Translations under genes and position numbers: made by a program | Notes under the pieces: generated by a model | Told to the model about the DNA's origin: nothing | The model's database searches: none | The model's input: the letters and a program-made list of their open reading frames with translations, nothing else | Assembly (NCBI GenBank): GCA_035492595.1 | Contig: DATJJA010000127.1 | Span: 32,838 to 96,837 of the forward strand | Length of the DNA stretch: 64,000 nucleotides | Direction of reading: 5' to 3' | Source of the DNA: Puia sp. | GTDB taxonomy: Bacteria; Bacteroidota; Bacteroidia; Chitinophagales; Chitinophagaceae | In this document: in pieces, positions 10,401 to 18,150 of the stretch | How the letters are laid out: every line of letters begins with the position of its first letter | Numbering within the stretch: the first letter of the stretch is position 1

Positions 10401-10934
10401 ATGCTCAATTCCGGTAAGCTGACTGATATGGTATATATGGGGCCTTCGACTCCCCGGGTATTTGGCGGCTGGCGCAATAGCCTGGTATGGCATCAATGGG
10501 GGCTTTCCTGGAATATCGTATACAAGTTGGGCTATGTCTTCCGGAGAAATTCGATCTTTTACTCGCAGGTATATAGTGGTGCGTCATCCGGACATTCGGA
10601 TTATCAGCGGCGGTGGCAGAACCCGGGGGATGAAAAAATAACAGATGTACCCTCGATGATCTATCCGATCGACAGGAACCGGGATGCCTTTTATCAGGCT
10701 TCCACCGTATTGGTTGAGAAAGGAGACCATATCCGGTTGCAGGATGTGCAATTGAGTTATGAATTAACGCGGTCAGCTTATCCCCGGTTGCCGGTATCAA
10801 TGGTCCGATTCTACCTCTATGCAAATAATCTCGGTATTTTATGGAGGGCCAATCATGCCGGGATCGATCCGGACTATGTGACAGGCATTCCCAATCCCAG
10901 GACCCTGGCTATTGGGATGAAAACAGACTTTTAA
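7500..10934 (+). CDS. SusC/RagA TonB-dependent transporter with N-terminal signalling extension
   Basis: STN-like N-terminus; INPEDVESITVLKDAAAAAIWG..NGVIVITTKKG plug; NPSLRWE; terminal Phe. Confidence 0.95.
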   Translation: MGVLKLAVPLLLIACLFQSLPANCQSSPLITLKEINVPLQKALEDIRLLTGYTYAGEATWVKASHRVSFSVRKASLRQVLDSCFKDQPFTYEIIGKAISIQARPPKELVVHGWIFNEKKEPLEGVTILVRGELSAAAVTRENGEFTIRTRFEDDRLLISSVNYEPQELRPDDSKDMMIYLRERVGELSDVVVVNNGYQEKSRKGTTGAFDVVNAELIDRRVSTNLLDRIDGVTNSVLFNKNIVSGTNQSAITIRGRSTIFANPNPLIVIDNFPYSGDITNINPEDVESITVLKDAAAAAIWGAFSGNGVIVITTKKGKLNQPAKWSFTTSQTIGQKPDLFYQPILSSSDYIDIQQFVYRKGGYNGQLSSFQHFAISPAVAIFDATTKGMILPADSAARINKLKGQDVRRDLNKYFYQNSLNSQYSLNVSGGGPRNQFFLSAGYDENKSNLVRNLYKRVTLYGNTTHLLIPERLELTTGMSFSSSKAYLNNSGIAGVNYPYARLADGNGNPLPVNFGYKNSYIDTAGGGQLLDWHYVPLNELKNSDNTVRLADYRINLGLRYIIRKGLDVHLYYQYGWGDSIGNIYQNPQTYYTRNLINSYAQYSNGLFTFPIPMGGILDEQHNTYTANNARLQVNYQDSLFRRGLLNVIGGAEVRDLEGEGHRTRLYGYENGVASSAALDYVTFFQQYPGNNKLRIPYYDVNEANSERYLSYYVNADYTYLGRYIFSASARRDESNLFGVKANNRGVPLWSVGGGWVISKENFYHVTWLPFLKLRITDGFNGNVDRSTSSFTTAYINPFGNSYGASSTTIANPANPSLRWERINIFDAGLDFSLRKDWLGGSFDYYIKSGQDLIGQSPLDPTVGLTTFRSNTANMVDHGIDLTLHANNMIGPIRWSSVLLFSYVQDRVTVYKEKIGPVSTYFLTNVINPFVGRPLYALYALQWKGLDPQTGDPQGMLDGKVSKDYGSMLNSGKLTDMVYMGPSTPRVFGGWRNSLVWHQWGLSWNIVYKLGYVFRRNSIFYSQVYSGASSGHSDYQRRWQNPGDEKITDVPSMIYPIDRNRDAFYQASTVLVEKGDHIRLQDVQLSYELTRSAYPRLPVSMVRFYLYANNLGILWRANHAGIDPDYVTGIPNPRTLAIGMKTDF

Positions 10935-10944
10935 AGCTATCAAC

Positions 10945-12339
10945 ATGAATAAACAATCCTGGTCATCTTTAATAAGCCTGCTTCTGCTGGTAATGACCAG
11001 TGTATTGACAGCAGGTTGTCATAAGGACGATTTCCTGGGTAAGAATCCCAATTCCAGCCTGGTAGTACCCTCCACATTAACGGATTTCCAGAACCTGCTG
11101 GACAATGACCAGGTCATGAATTTGTTTCCGGCACTGGGGGAGATCTCCGCGGATAATTATTTTATTGACCAATCATTGTGGCAAAGCGCCGGCACCCGGG
11201 TGCAGAATGCATATACATGGCAAGGGGATATCTTTGATGGGGAAGGGAGTGACGAGGACTGGAATGCCCCTTATCAGCAGGTATATTATGCCAATGTCGT
11301 ACTGGACGGAATTGCCAAACTAAAAACAGATAATAGTACTATTGCTACGTATAACAGTATCAAAGGACAGGCTTTGTTTACACGGGCTTTTGGCCTTTAC
11401 AATGTCGCCCAGCTGTTCGCACCTGTCTATGACGCTGCAACAGCGGCAACCGACTCCTGTATCCCTTTGCGATTGAGTCAGGATGTCAAAGCCCCGACCG
11501 TACGCAGCACTGTAAAACAGACCTATGACCAGATAACCGGGGATCTTCGTATTGCGGCAGGATTATTGCCTGCGTCCGTCTCCATGACTTATGTCAATCG
11601 TGCTTCACGCCCGGCTGCGCAGGCTTTGCTGGCCCGGATATATCTAAGTATGAGAAAGTATGATTCGGCAGGAATTTATGCCGATAGCGCTCTGTCATCT
11701 CATTCGACATTGATCGACTATAATCTCTTTAATTCGGGTTCTCTTTTTCCTTTTTCCAGGCAAAATGCCGAGGTGCTTTATCAGAGTAGTTTTGTTACTT
11801 ATGAAGGGTACACCCAGGTATTGACAGGATATAGCTATTCTGACTGTTTTGTCGATTCTACTTTGATGCGTAGTTATAAGCCCAATGACCTTCGGCCTTC
11901 TTTTTATTATTATCTGCTTGGTGTCACGGACTCTTTTGGTCTAAAAGGAAGTTACACCGGTCTTGTATTTCCATTTGGGGGTTTGGCTACGGACGAAGTC
12001 TATCTGATCAGGGCTGAATGTAAGGCCAGGAGTGGCGATACGACCGGGGCTGCGAGTGACCTGAATACATTATTGGTAAATCGATGGAAGACCGGATCTT
12101 TTATCAAGTATGCCTATGCCACGCTGGACACGGTCTTATCCGAAAGAAGAAAAGAATTGCCTTTCCGTGGAGTGCGCTGGTCGGATCTGCGAAGACTAAA
12201 TAAAGAAGGCGCCAACATAAAACTTTTCCGAAAAATTAACGGAATAGTAGATTCGTTGGCGCCAAATAGTATCAGGTATGTTTTACCTATTCCTCCCGAT
12301 GTGTTGCTTTTCAGTGGTATTTCGAATAATCCCCGATAA
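10945..12339 (+). CDS. RagB/SusD family lipoprotein
   Basis: Lipobox LTAGC; AAQALLARIYL; EVYLIRAE; ERRKELPFRGVRWSDLRR; NNPR C-terminus. Confidence 0.93.
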   Translation: MNKQSWSSLISLLLLVMTSVLTAGCHKDDFLGKNPNSSLVVPSTLTDFQNLLDNDQVMNLFPALGEISADNYFIDQSLWQSAGTRVQNAYTWQGDIFDGEGSDEDWNAPYQQVYYANVVLDGIAKLKTDNSTIATYNSIKGQALFTRAFGLYNVAQLFAPVYDAATAATDSCIPLRLSQDVKAPTVRSTVKQTYDQITGDLRIAAGLLPASVSMTYVNRASRPAAQALLARIYLSMRKYDSAGIYADSALSSHSTLIDYNLFNSGSLFPFSRQNAEVLYQSSFVTYEGYTQVLTGYSYSDCFVDSTLMRSYKPNDLRPSFYYYLLGVTDSFGLKGSYTGLVFPFGGLATDEVYLIRAECKARSGDTTGAASDLNTLLVNRWKTGSFIKYAYATLDTVLSERRKELPFRGVRWSDLRRLNKEGANIKLFRKINGIVDSLAPNSIRYVLPIPPDVLLFSGISNNPR

Positions 12340-12367
12340 TAGTTTACAAAAGAAGGAATGAGGGCGA

Positions 12368-12658
12368 TTATTTTTTACCTGCTTTTGCTTTTTGAGTCTT
12401 ATTGATACCTGTTATCAGTCTATATTCTCCTTGTCTGCAACCTGTATAATTCCCGAAACCATCGGTAGTATAGGTGCAGATATCAATCCCCGAGTCACAG
12501 AGGTAAGTGGCCCCCCATGCGCCGGCGGGCATATAACCGCTACCCGTCCAATAATACTGTGGGTCTGTCCTGCAGTCATGCTGAGGAGCTGTTGCAAGAG
12601 CACCGCCTACGCTTAAAGAGATAATAAGGGTCATGATCGTCCATTTGATCCTTTTCAT
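12368..12658 (-). CDS. Small secreted four-cysteine peptide (DUF6520-like from memory)
   Basis: Signal peptide ending GGALA; four Cys (DCRT, YLCD, ICTY, GCRQ); basic tail; start overlaps the mauE-like stop. Confidence 0.75.
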   Translation of the reverse strand: MKRIKWTIMTLIISLSVGGALATAPQHDCRTDPQYYWTGSGYMPAGAWGATYLCDSGIDICTYTTDGFGNYTGCRQGEYRLITGINKTQKAKAGKK

Positions 12659-13107
12659 ACGAAACTGTTTTTAGTGATTAATATGGATTTAAAAGATTTC
12701 CTACGTTGAAGGATGATGCCCCAAATCGATAGGGCTACAAAAAAGAGATTGAGAACAATGTGCTGATTCCACGTCAGGCGTTTGATCACTCCACCACAGG
12801 AACAGGGTATCCGCCCAAAGAAATTGAAAACGATAAATAAGCTATAGATAGTAAAAAGGGACATGAAAAAGAGAGAGGCGTAAAGCCCGATCAGGCGTGT
12901 GCGTTCGAAGAGCAGCGCTATACACATCAGGATCTCGCTACAGGGGATGAACCAGACCAGGAAGGGTGTCCAGGAATTGGGCAGAGGCTGGTTATTCATC
13001 TCACCGGTAAAGGTGTAAAAGTCCAGAAATTTACTTAAACTGGCGTAGAGGAAAAGCATTATCAGCAAGGCAGAGATACACTCCAGGAGTACCTGTCTTT
13101 TAAGCAT
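12655..13107 (-). CDS. MauE/DoxX family redox-associated membrane protein
   Basis: LFLYASLSK; four TM helices; IPCSCGGVI motif. Confidence 0.88.
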   Translation of the reverse strand: MLKRQVLLECISALLIMLFLYASLSKFLDFYTFTGEMNNQPLPNSWTPFLVWFIPCSEILMCIALLFERTRLIGLYASLFFMSLFTIYSLFIVFNFFGRIPCSCGGVIKRLTWNQHIVLNLFFVALSIWGIILQRRKSFKSILITKNSFV

Positions 13108-13435
13108 GGTTGAAAAGGTTTAAACGCATCACACGTAAACTTGTGGCTAAGCCAAGGTTGTTAAGGTAATCAAGAGCGGATAGGAAAACGAGCATTTACG
13201 GGTCGGATAACACTAAGAGGGATAAAAAGGAACAGGTTATAAATTAGATTTTAAATATCGGCAAATTTTATAAAACTGCAAAGATCAATTCGAAAAAAAT
13301 CATGCTAGAAGATAACATTTACGCAGGATTGGTCGAACCTCTATTTTTTATAAAATTCTTTGCAACAATTCCGATACTCTGTCGTTAGGGAAATTTCACC
13401 GGGCAGCAAGTGTTATTATTTATAAACGACGAGTT

Positions 13436-13948
13436 ATGCGCTTCAACTATTTTTTGTTATCCTCATTTCTATTATTCTTAACCTATACAGGACGTTGCCA
13501 GACGACAAAAACTGTTTACAACGATTCCAATTTTATCTCAGCTGTTCTAAAACAAAACAATACGTATAGAAGTGCATTGGAGTTGCCTGCGTTAACATGG
13601 TCACCCGCGCTTGCGCAGGATGCATTGGCCTGGGCGCAGCATCTGGCAAAGATTGACAATGGTCAACATGACAGAGCTATCGTAGGTAAAGAAGGGGAGA
13701 ATCTTTGGTGGGGATCGGCGGATGCTTTTTCATATACCGATATGGTAAGCGCATGGGGGAGTGAGAAAGCTGCCTTTCATTATGGAGTATTTCCTGATTG
13801 TGGCAAGGGCATGATCGGGCACTATACGCAGATGGTGTGGAAGAATACGCAGTCCGTTGGGTGTGCGTTGGCCTCCAATGGGAAGACAGATTACCTGGTC
13901 TGTCGTTATTCGCCAGCCGGGAATGTGATCGGGCAGAAGCCTTATTAG
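13436..13948 (+). CDS. CAP/SCP (PR-1-like) secreted protein
   Basis: GENLWWG; GHYTQMVWKNT..VGC; LVCRYSPAGN. Confidence 0.9.
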   Translation: MRFNYFLLSSFLLFLTYTGRCQTTKTVYNDSNFISAVLKQNNTYRSALELPALTWSPALAQDALAWAQHLAKIDNGQHDRAIVGKEGENLWWGSADAFSYTDMVSAWGSEKAAFHYGVFPDCGKGMIGHYTQMVWKNTQSVGCALASNGKTDYLVCRYSPAGNVIGQKPY

Positions 13949-13955
13949 AAGGCGT

Positions 13956-14087
13956 CGCGAAGGGGCAAATTTTAAAAAGCCCCTGAAGCGTCGACCAGAA
14001 CGGACCAGAGGTCCGTTAGGCCGAAGGCCAGACATAAGCTGTTGTCGCGCGAAGGGGCAAATTTTAAAAAGCCCCTGAAGCGTCGAC
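13956..14087 (+). repeat. Exact 40-bp direct repeat (13956-13995, 14048-14087) around a 52-bp double-hairpin element
   Basis: cgcgaaggggcaaattttaaaaagcccctgaagcgtcgac occurs twice; spacer has aacggacc-aga-ggtccgtt and ggcc-gaa-ggcc then agacat. Confidence 0.95.
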
Positions 14088-14399
14088 AATCTCGTCCATT
14101 GTAATACCCATATGACTCTCGTCATAGACACATTTCCCGTCGCGGATGAGCAATACCTGGGGTGATTCGTGATGGATCATGAACGTATCGGACACCTTAT
14201 TGGATATAGGCCGGAAATTTATCAGATCGAGGTAATAAAAGTCGATGGAGTCGGGTGGCTGGTTTCTTTCGAGCCTGTTCTTAACAAGGGCGCTGGTAGA
14301 GCAGCGGGTACTGTGCTTGAAGATCACCTGGGGACGGGTTGTTGATTTTTCTCTGATCTCATCAAGTTGATTTTCAGAGTCTAATTTGATCCAATTCAT
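14064..14399 (-). CDS. ytxJ: Bacillithiol system redox-active protein YtxJ
   Basis: IFKHSTRCSTS; HESPQVLLI; ATG at 14399. Confidence 0.88.
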   Translation of the reverse strand: MNWIKLDSENQLDEIREKSTTRPQVIFKHSTRCSTSALVKNRLERNQPPDSIDFYYLDLINFRPISNKVSDTFMIHHESPQVLLIRDGKCVYDESHMGITMDEIVDASGAF

Positions 14400-14532
14400 A
14401 GTTGCAAAGATAATGTGCTGTAATAACATTCCACAATGCAAAAAGGTTACCACGGAGTGATAACCTTTTTATAATGAATTATTCTACTGGTTCCGGGGAT
14501 CTAGGGTAACCGGACCTGGGGGAGGGGGAAGC

Positions 14533-14670
14533 CTAGCGGCCGCCATATCCAACAAAACCCTGGCTCATTTTGCAACCGCCGTGAGCGCCAACGCCGCGTG
14601 AAGAAGCGCAGGAAGTAAAGGTTGCAGCAATAGCTAAAGCGAAGGTTAAGATTACAATTGTCTTTCTCAT
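14533..14670 (-). CDS. Very small lipoprotein (45 aa)
   Basis: MRKTIVILTFALAIAATFTSC lipobox, then ASSRGVGAHGGCKMSQGFVGYGGR. Confidence 0.65.
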   Translation of the reverse strand: MRKTIVILTFALAIAATFTSCASSRGVGAHGGCKMSQGFVGYGGR

Positions 14671-14947
14671 TTTTGTGGTATTTAAGATTGAAACGATAAA
14701 TTGCCTGGTAAGGAGAATTGGAACCAGGTAATTCAAAGGAAGGGAGGATTAAAAGGACCACGGTCCGGAACGAGAATCAATAAGAGATTGGGGGAAGGCT
14801 GTTCTAAAGGATAGAGAAAGAATTACCGTTGAACTGACACAAAGTAAATACAAAATTTTGAAATTGGCAAGCCCCGCGGTACCGAAAATAGAAACTTTTG
14901 TCTAATAGGCTGATCTTGAATACTTTTATTTGATAATAGTGGACTCC

Positions 14948-16393
14948 ATGAAAATACATTTTATAGCGATAGGCGGCAGCGTTATGCATCAGTTGGCCAT
15001 AGCGTTGCGGCGGAAGGGATATGTTGTGACAGGCAGTGATGATGAGATCTTTGAGCCGGCAAAGAGCAATCTGGAAAAGGAAGGGATATTGCCTGCTGCG
15101 GTCGGCTGGTACCCGGAAAAGATAAATTCCGGTCTGGATGCCGTCATTTTGGGGATGCATGCCCGGGCGGATAACCCGGAGCTGCTGCGGGCGGGTGAGC
15201 TGTCAATACCTATTTATTCCTTTCCTGAATATATATATCAGGAAAGCAGGGATAAAAAAAGGGTGGTTGTTGGCGGAAGTCACGGAAAAACAACGACTAC
15301 GGCTATGATCATGAATGTGTTGAAGTCCGCGGGGCTGGACTTTGACTACCTGGTAGGCGCGAGACTGGAAGGCTTTTCGCAATCGGTGAATATTACGCAG
15401 GCGCCGCTGATCGTCTGTGAGGGGGATGAATACCCGGCCAGTACGCTTGAAAAAAGGCCTAAGTTCCATTTTCTTTTCCCGCATATTGCGGTTCTTACCG
15501 GGATTGCCTGGGATCACATCAATGTTTTTCCCACCTTCGATATTTACCTGGAGCAGTTTCGCATCTTTTTGAGGAAGATCGAGCCGGGTGGTGTGCTTAT
15601 ATATAACCAGACGGATCCGGTGCTGACCCGATTGGTCGAAGAGCACCAGGCTGCGGCAGCGGGGCCTGGCAAAGGCGCCGGAGTGGGTGCGGCGGCAAGA
15701 GGAGAGGGGGGAGTTGTCGCTGGAGGGCAGGCGCCGCTTCGGGTGATCGGTTATGGGATTCCCGCTCACCGGATAGAAAACGGCATAACTGTTGTTACGC
15801 TGGAAGGGCAAACCGGGACTTTGAAGGTGTTTGGCGATCATAACTTATTGAATCTTAACGCGGCTTTCCTGGTTTCCAGGGAGTTAGGCGTTAGTACGGC
15901 CGATTTTTTAAAAGGGATGGCTTCTTTTTCGGGGGCAGCAAAAAGGCTCGAGCTATTGGCTGCGAATGAAAAGATGAATATTTACCGGGATTTTGCTCAT
16001 GCGCCTTCAAAGGTAAAGGCGACGATACAGGCGGTGAAAATGCAATTTCCGGAAAGACAATTGATCGCCGTCCTGGAATTGCACACCTATAGTAGTCTGA
16101 ACGAGCAATTTCTGTCTGAATATAATGGATCGCTGGATCCGGCGGATAAGGCAGTGGTTTTTTATTCCAAACATGCGCTGGAGCTGAAACGGCTACCTCC
16201 CCTGCCGGAGTCGACTGTTAAGGCAGGGTTCGGGAAGCCGGGATTGACGGTTATTCAGGATAAGGAAGAATTACTGGCCTGGTTGATGTTACAGTCTTAC
16301 AAAAATGTTAATTTGCTTATGATGAGTTCGGGCAATTATGATGGGCTGGATCTAACAGCGCTGTCGGCCCAGATAAACCAGGAGTCCTTATAA
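14948..16393 (+). CDS. mpl: Mur ligase, murein peptide ligase Mpl-like
   Basis: IHFIAIGGSVM; GSHGKTTTT; EGDEY; DFAHAP; ELHTYS. Confidence 0.8.
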   Translation: MKIHFIAIGGSVMHQLAIALRRKGYVVTGSDDEIFEPAKSNLEKEGILPAAVGWYPEKINSGLDAVILGMHARADNPELLRAGELSIPIYSFPEYIYQESRDKKRVVVGGSHGKTTTTAMIMNVLKSAGLDFDYLVGARLEGFSQSVNITQAPLIVCEGDEYPASTLEKRPKFHFLFPHIAVLTGIAWDHINVFPTFDIYLEQFRIFLRKIEPGGVLIYNQTDPVLTRLVEEHQAAAAGPGKGAGVGAAARGEGGVVAGGQAPLRVIGYGIPAHRIENGITVVTLEGQTGTLKVFGDHNLLNLNAAFLVSRELGVSTADFLKGMASFSGAAKRLELLAANEKMNIYRDFAHAPSKVKATIQAVKMQFPERQLIAVLELHTYSSLNEQFLSEYNGSLDPADKAVVFYSKHALELKRLPPLPESTVKAGFGKPGLTVIQDKEELLAWLMLQSYKNVNLLMMSSGNYDGLDLTALSAQINQESL

Positions 16394-16402
16394 TATCAGA
16401 GA

Positions 16403-17167
16403 ATGTTACAACTTATACGCCCCTTAGCTATTATTGACCTTGAAACGACCGGTATCAATCTAGGGTCTGACCGCATTGTGGAAATTGCCATCGTAAAGAT
16501 CATGCAGGATGGCAAAAAGACAGTAAAGCGCAAGCTGATAAACCCTGAAATGCCGATCCCCCAGGGCTCTACGGATATACATGGGATCACCAACGAGATG
16601 GTCAAGGATGCTCCTACCTTTCGGCAGGTGGCGAATGAATTAAAGCAGTTTTTAGATAATTGTGACCTGGCGGGGTATAATTCCAATCGGTTTGACATCC
16701 CTATGTTAGTGGAAGAATTTCTACGGGTGGGGATGGAGTTCGAAGGAAAGGGAAGGAAACTGCTGGATGTGCAAAAGATCTTTCATATGATGGAACAGCG
16801 GACGCTGAGCGCTGCCTACCGGTTCTATTGTAATAAAGAGCTGGAAGGAGCACATGGCGCCGAGGCGGATGCTTCCGCCACCTGGGAAGTGCTGGAAGCG
16901 CAGGTCGTGAAGTATCCACAGCTGGGTACAAATATTGAGACTATTCTTAAATGTATAGGCGAAGAGCCGGTTGTGGATTTTGCGCGTCGTTTTACGTTGG
17001 AGAACGGCATAGAAGTATTTAACTTTGGCAAGCATAAGGGGCGTAGCGTAGCCGACATACTAAGAGCTGAGCCTCAGTATTATGATTGGATGATGAAAGG
17101 AGATTTCCCGCTCCATACGAAGCAGAAGCTGACAGAGATATTTAACAGGACGATGTTAAAAAAGTGA
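16403..17167 (+). CDS. DEDDh 3'-5' exonuclease (DNA polymerase III epsilon-like)
   Basis: IDLETTG; YNSNRFD; AHGAEAD; C-terminal FGKHKG. Confidence 0.9.
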   Translation: MLQLIRPLAIIDLETTGINLGSDRIVEIAIVKIMQDGKKTVKRKLINPEMPIPQGSTDIHGITNEMVKDAPTFRQVANELKQFLDNCDLAGYNSNRFDIPMLVEEFLRVGMEFEGKGRKLLDVQKIFHMMEQRTLSAAYRFYCNKELEGAHGAEADASATWEVLEAQVVKYPQLGTNIETILKCIGEEPVVDFARRFTLENGIEVFNFGKHKGRSVADILRAEPQYYDWMMKGDFPLHTKQKLTEIFNRTMLKK

Positions 17168-17196
17168 TAACGGGCGGGAAAGGGGCCTAAAAATTG

Positions 17197-17204
17197 TAAT
17201 TTTG
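17197..17204 (+). promoter_or_regulatory. -7 promoter element upstream of the GT2 gene
   Basis: TAATTTTG matches TAnnTTTG. Confidence 0.5.
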
Positions 17205-17209
17205 CACCT

Positions 17210-17307
17210 GACTGGACGGAGTCCAGTCGTGATTGAGGCAAAGCCGAAAGCACAATAATCAGATATTTTGGACTAAAAAATATATTTGTACTTATTTTTT
17301 AGTCCAA
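17210..17307 (+). repeat. Structured mini-element in the 5' region of the GT2 gene
   Basis: gactggac-gga-gtccagtc; ggc-aaa-gcc; cagatatt; 15-bp perfect stem ttggactaaaaaata/tattttttagtccaa. Confidence 0.75.
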
Positions 17308-17327
17308 TTAAAATTTATATCAGGCAG

Positions 17328-18119
17328 TTGGAAAAGATAGTCATTATACCTACCTACAACGAAAAGGAAAACGTCGGGAATATCCTCGAAGCCATTTTTC
17401 AATTGGGCCAGGGCTACCATGTACTGGTCATCGATGATAGCTCACCGGATGGAACGGCGAATATTGTCCGGGACTTTCAGACAAGGTATCCGGGGCAGCT
17501 GTTCCTTGAGGAAAGGCATGGTAAACTGGGCCTGGGGACTGCCTACATTCATGGCTTTAAATGGGCTGTGTTAAATAATTACCAGTTCATTTTCGAAATG
17601 GATGCAGATTTTTCCCATAATCCCAAGGACCTGGACCGGCTTTACAACGCCTGTAAGTACCAGGGAGGTGATGTAGCTGTCGGGTCCCGTTATGTGAAGG
17701 GCGGTGGGAATGTGAACTGGCCCAAGGACCGCATTTTACTTTCACGTGGCGGCTCGATCTATACCCGGCTGATCACCTGGATGCCTGTGCAGGATCCTAC
17801 TGCGGGGTTTGTCTGTTATCGCAAAGAAGTTCTTGAGACGATAAATCTTGACCAGATCCGTTTTGTCGGCTATGCTTTCCAGATCGAAATGAAGTTTGCA
17901 GCCTGGAAGCTGGGCTTTAAGATAAAGGAAGTGCCGATCATTTTTGAAGACCGTAAGTTTGGGGTTTCCAAGATGAATAAAGGTATTGTGAAGGAAGGGA
18001 TCCTCGGCGTGCTGAATTTGCGCTGGCAGTCGTTGTTCAAGAATTACCGCAACCGCGTAAAGAATGACATTGTGGCCGTACGCAATTTTACTAATGAAGC
18101 CATCGCAGAGTCAAAATAA
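17328..18119 (+). CDS. Polyprenol monophosphomannose synthase (GT2)
   Basis: IIPTYNEKEN; IDDSSPDGT; GLGTAY; MDADFSH; GYAFQIEM; TTG start is inferred. Confidence 0.9.
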   Translation: MEKIVIIPTYNEKENVGNILEAIFQLGQGYHVLVIDDSSPDGTANIVRDFQTRYPGQLFLEERHGKLGLGTAYIHGFKWAVLNNYQFIFEMDADFSHNPKDLDRLYNACKYQGGDVAVGSRYVKGGGNVNWPKDRILLSRGGSIYTRLITWMPVQDPTAGFVCYRKEVLETINLDQIRFVGYAFQIEMKFAAWKLGFKIKEVPIIFEDRKFGVSKMNKGIVKEGILGVLNLRWQSLFKNYRNRVKNDIVAVRNFTNEAIAESK

Positions 18120-18150
18120 GCTGCGAAGACCATCCCCCGAAACAAATAAA

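Noticed and set aside
7500-12339. Classical polysaccharide utilisation locus
   Set aside because: No glycoside hydrolase, lyase, sulfatase or surface glycan-binding gene beside the SusC/D pair
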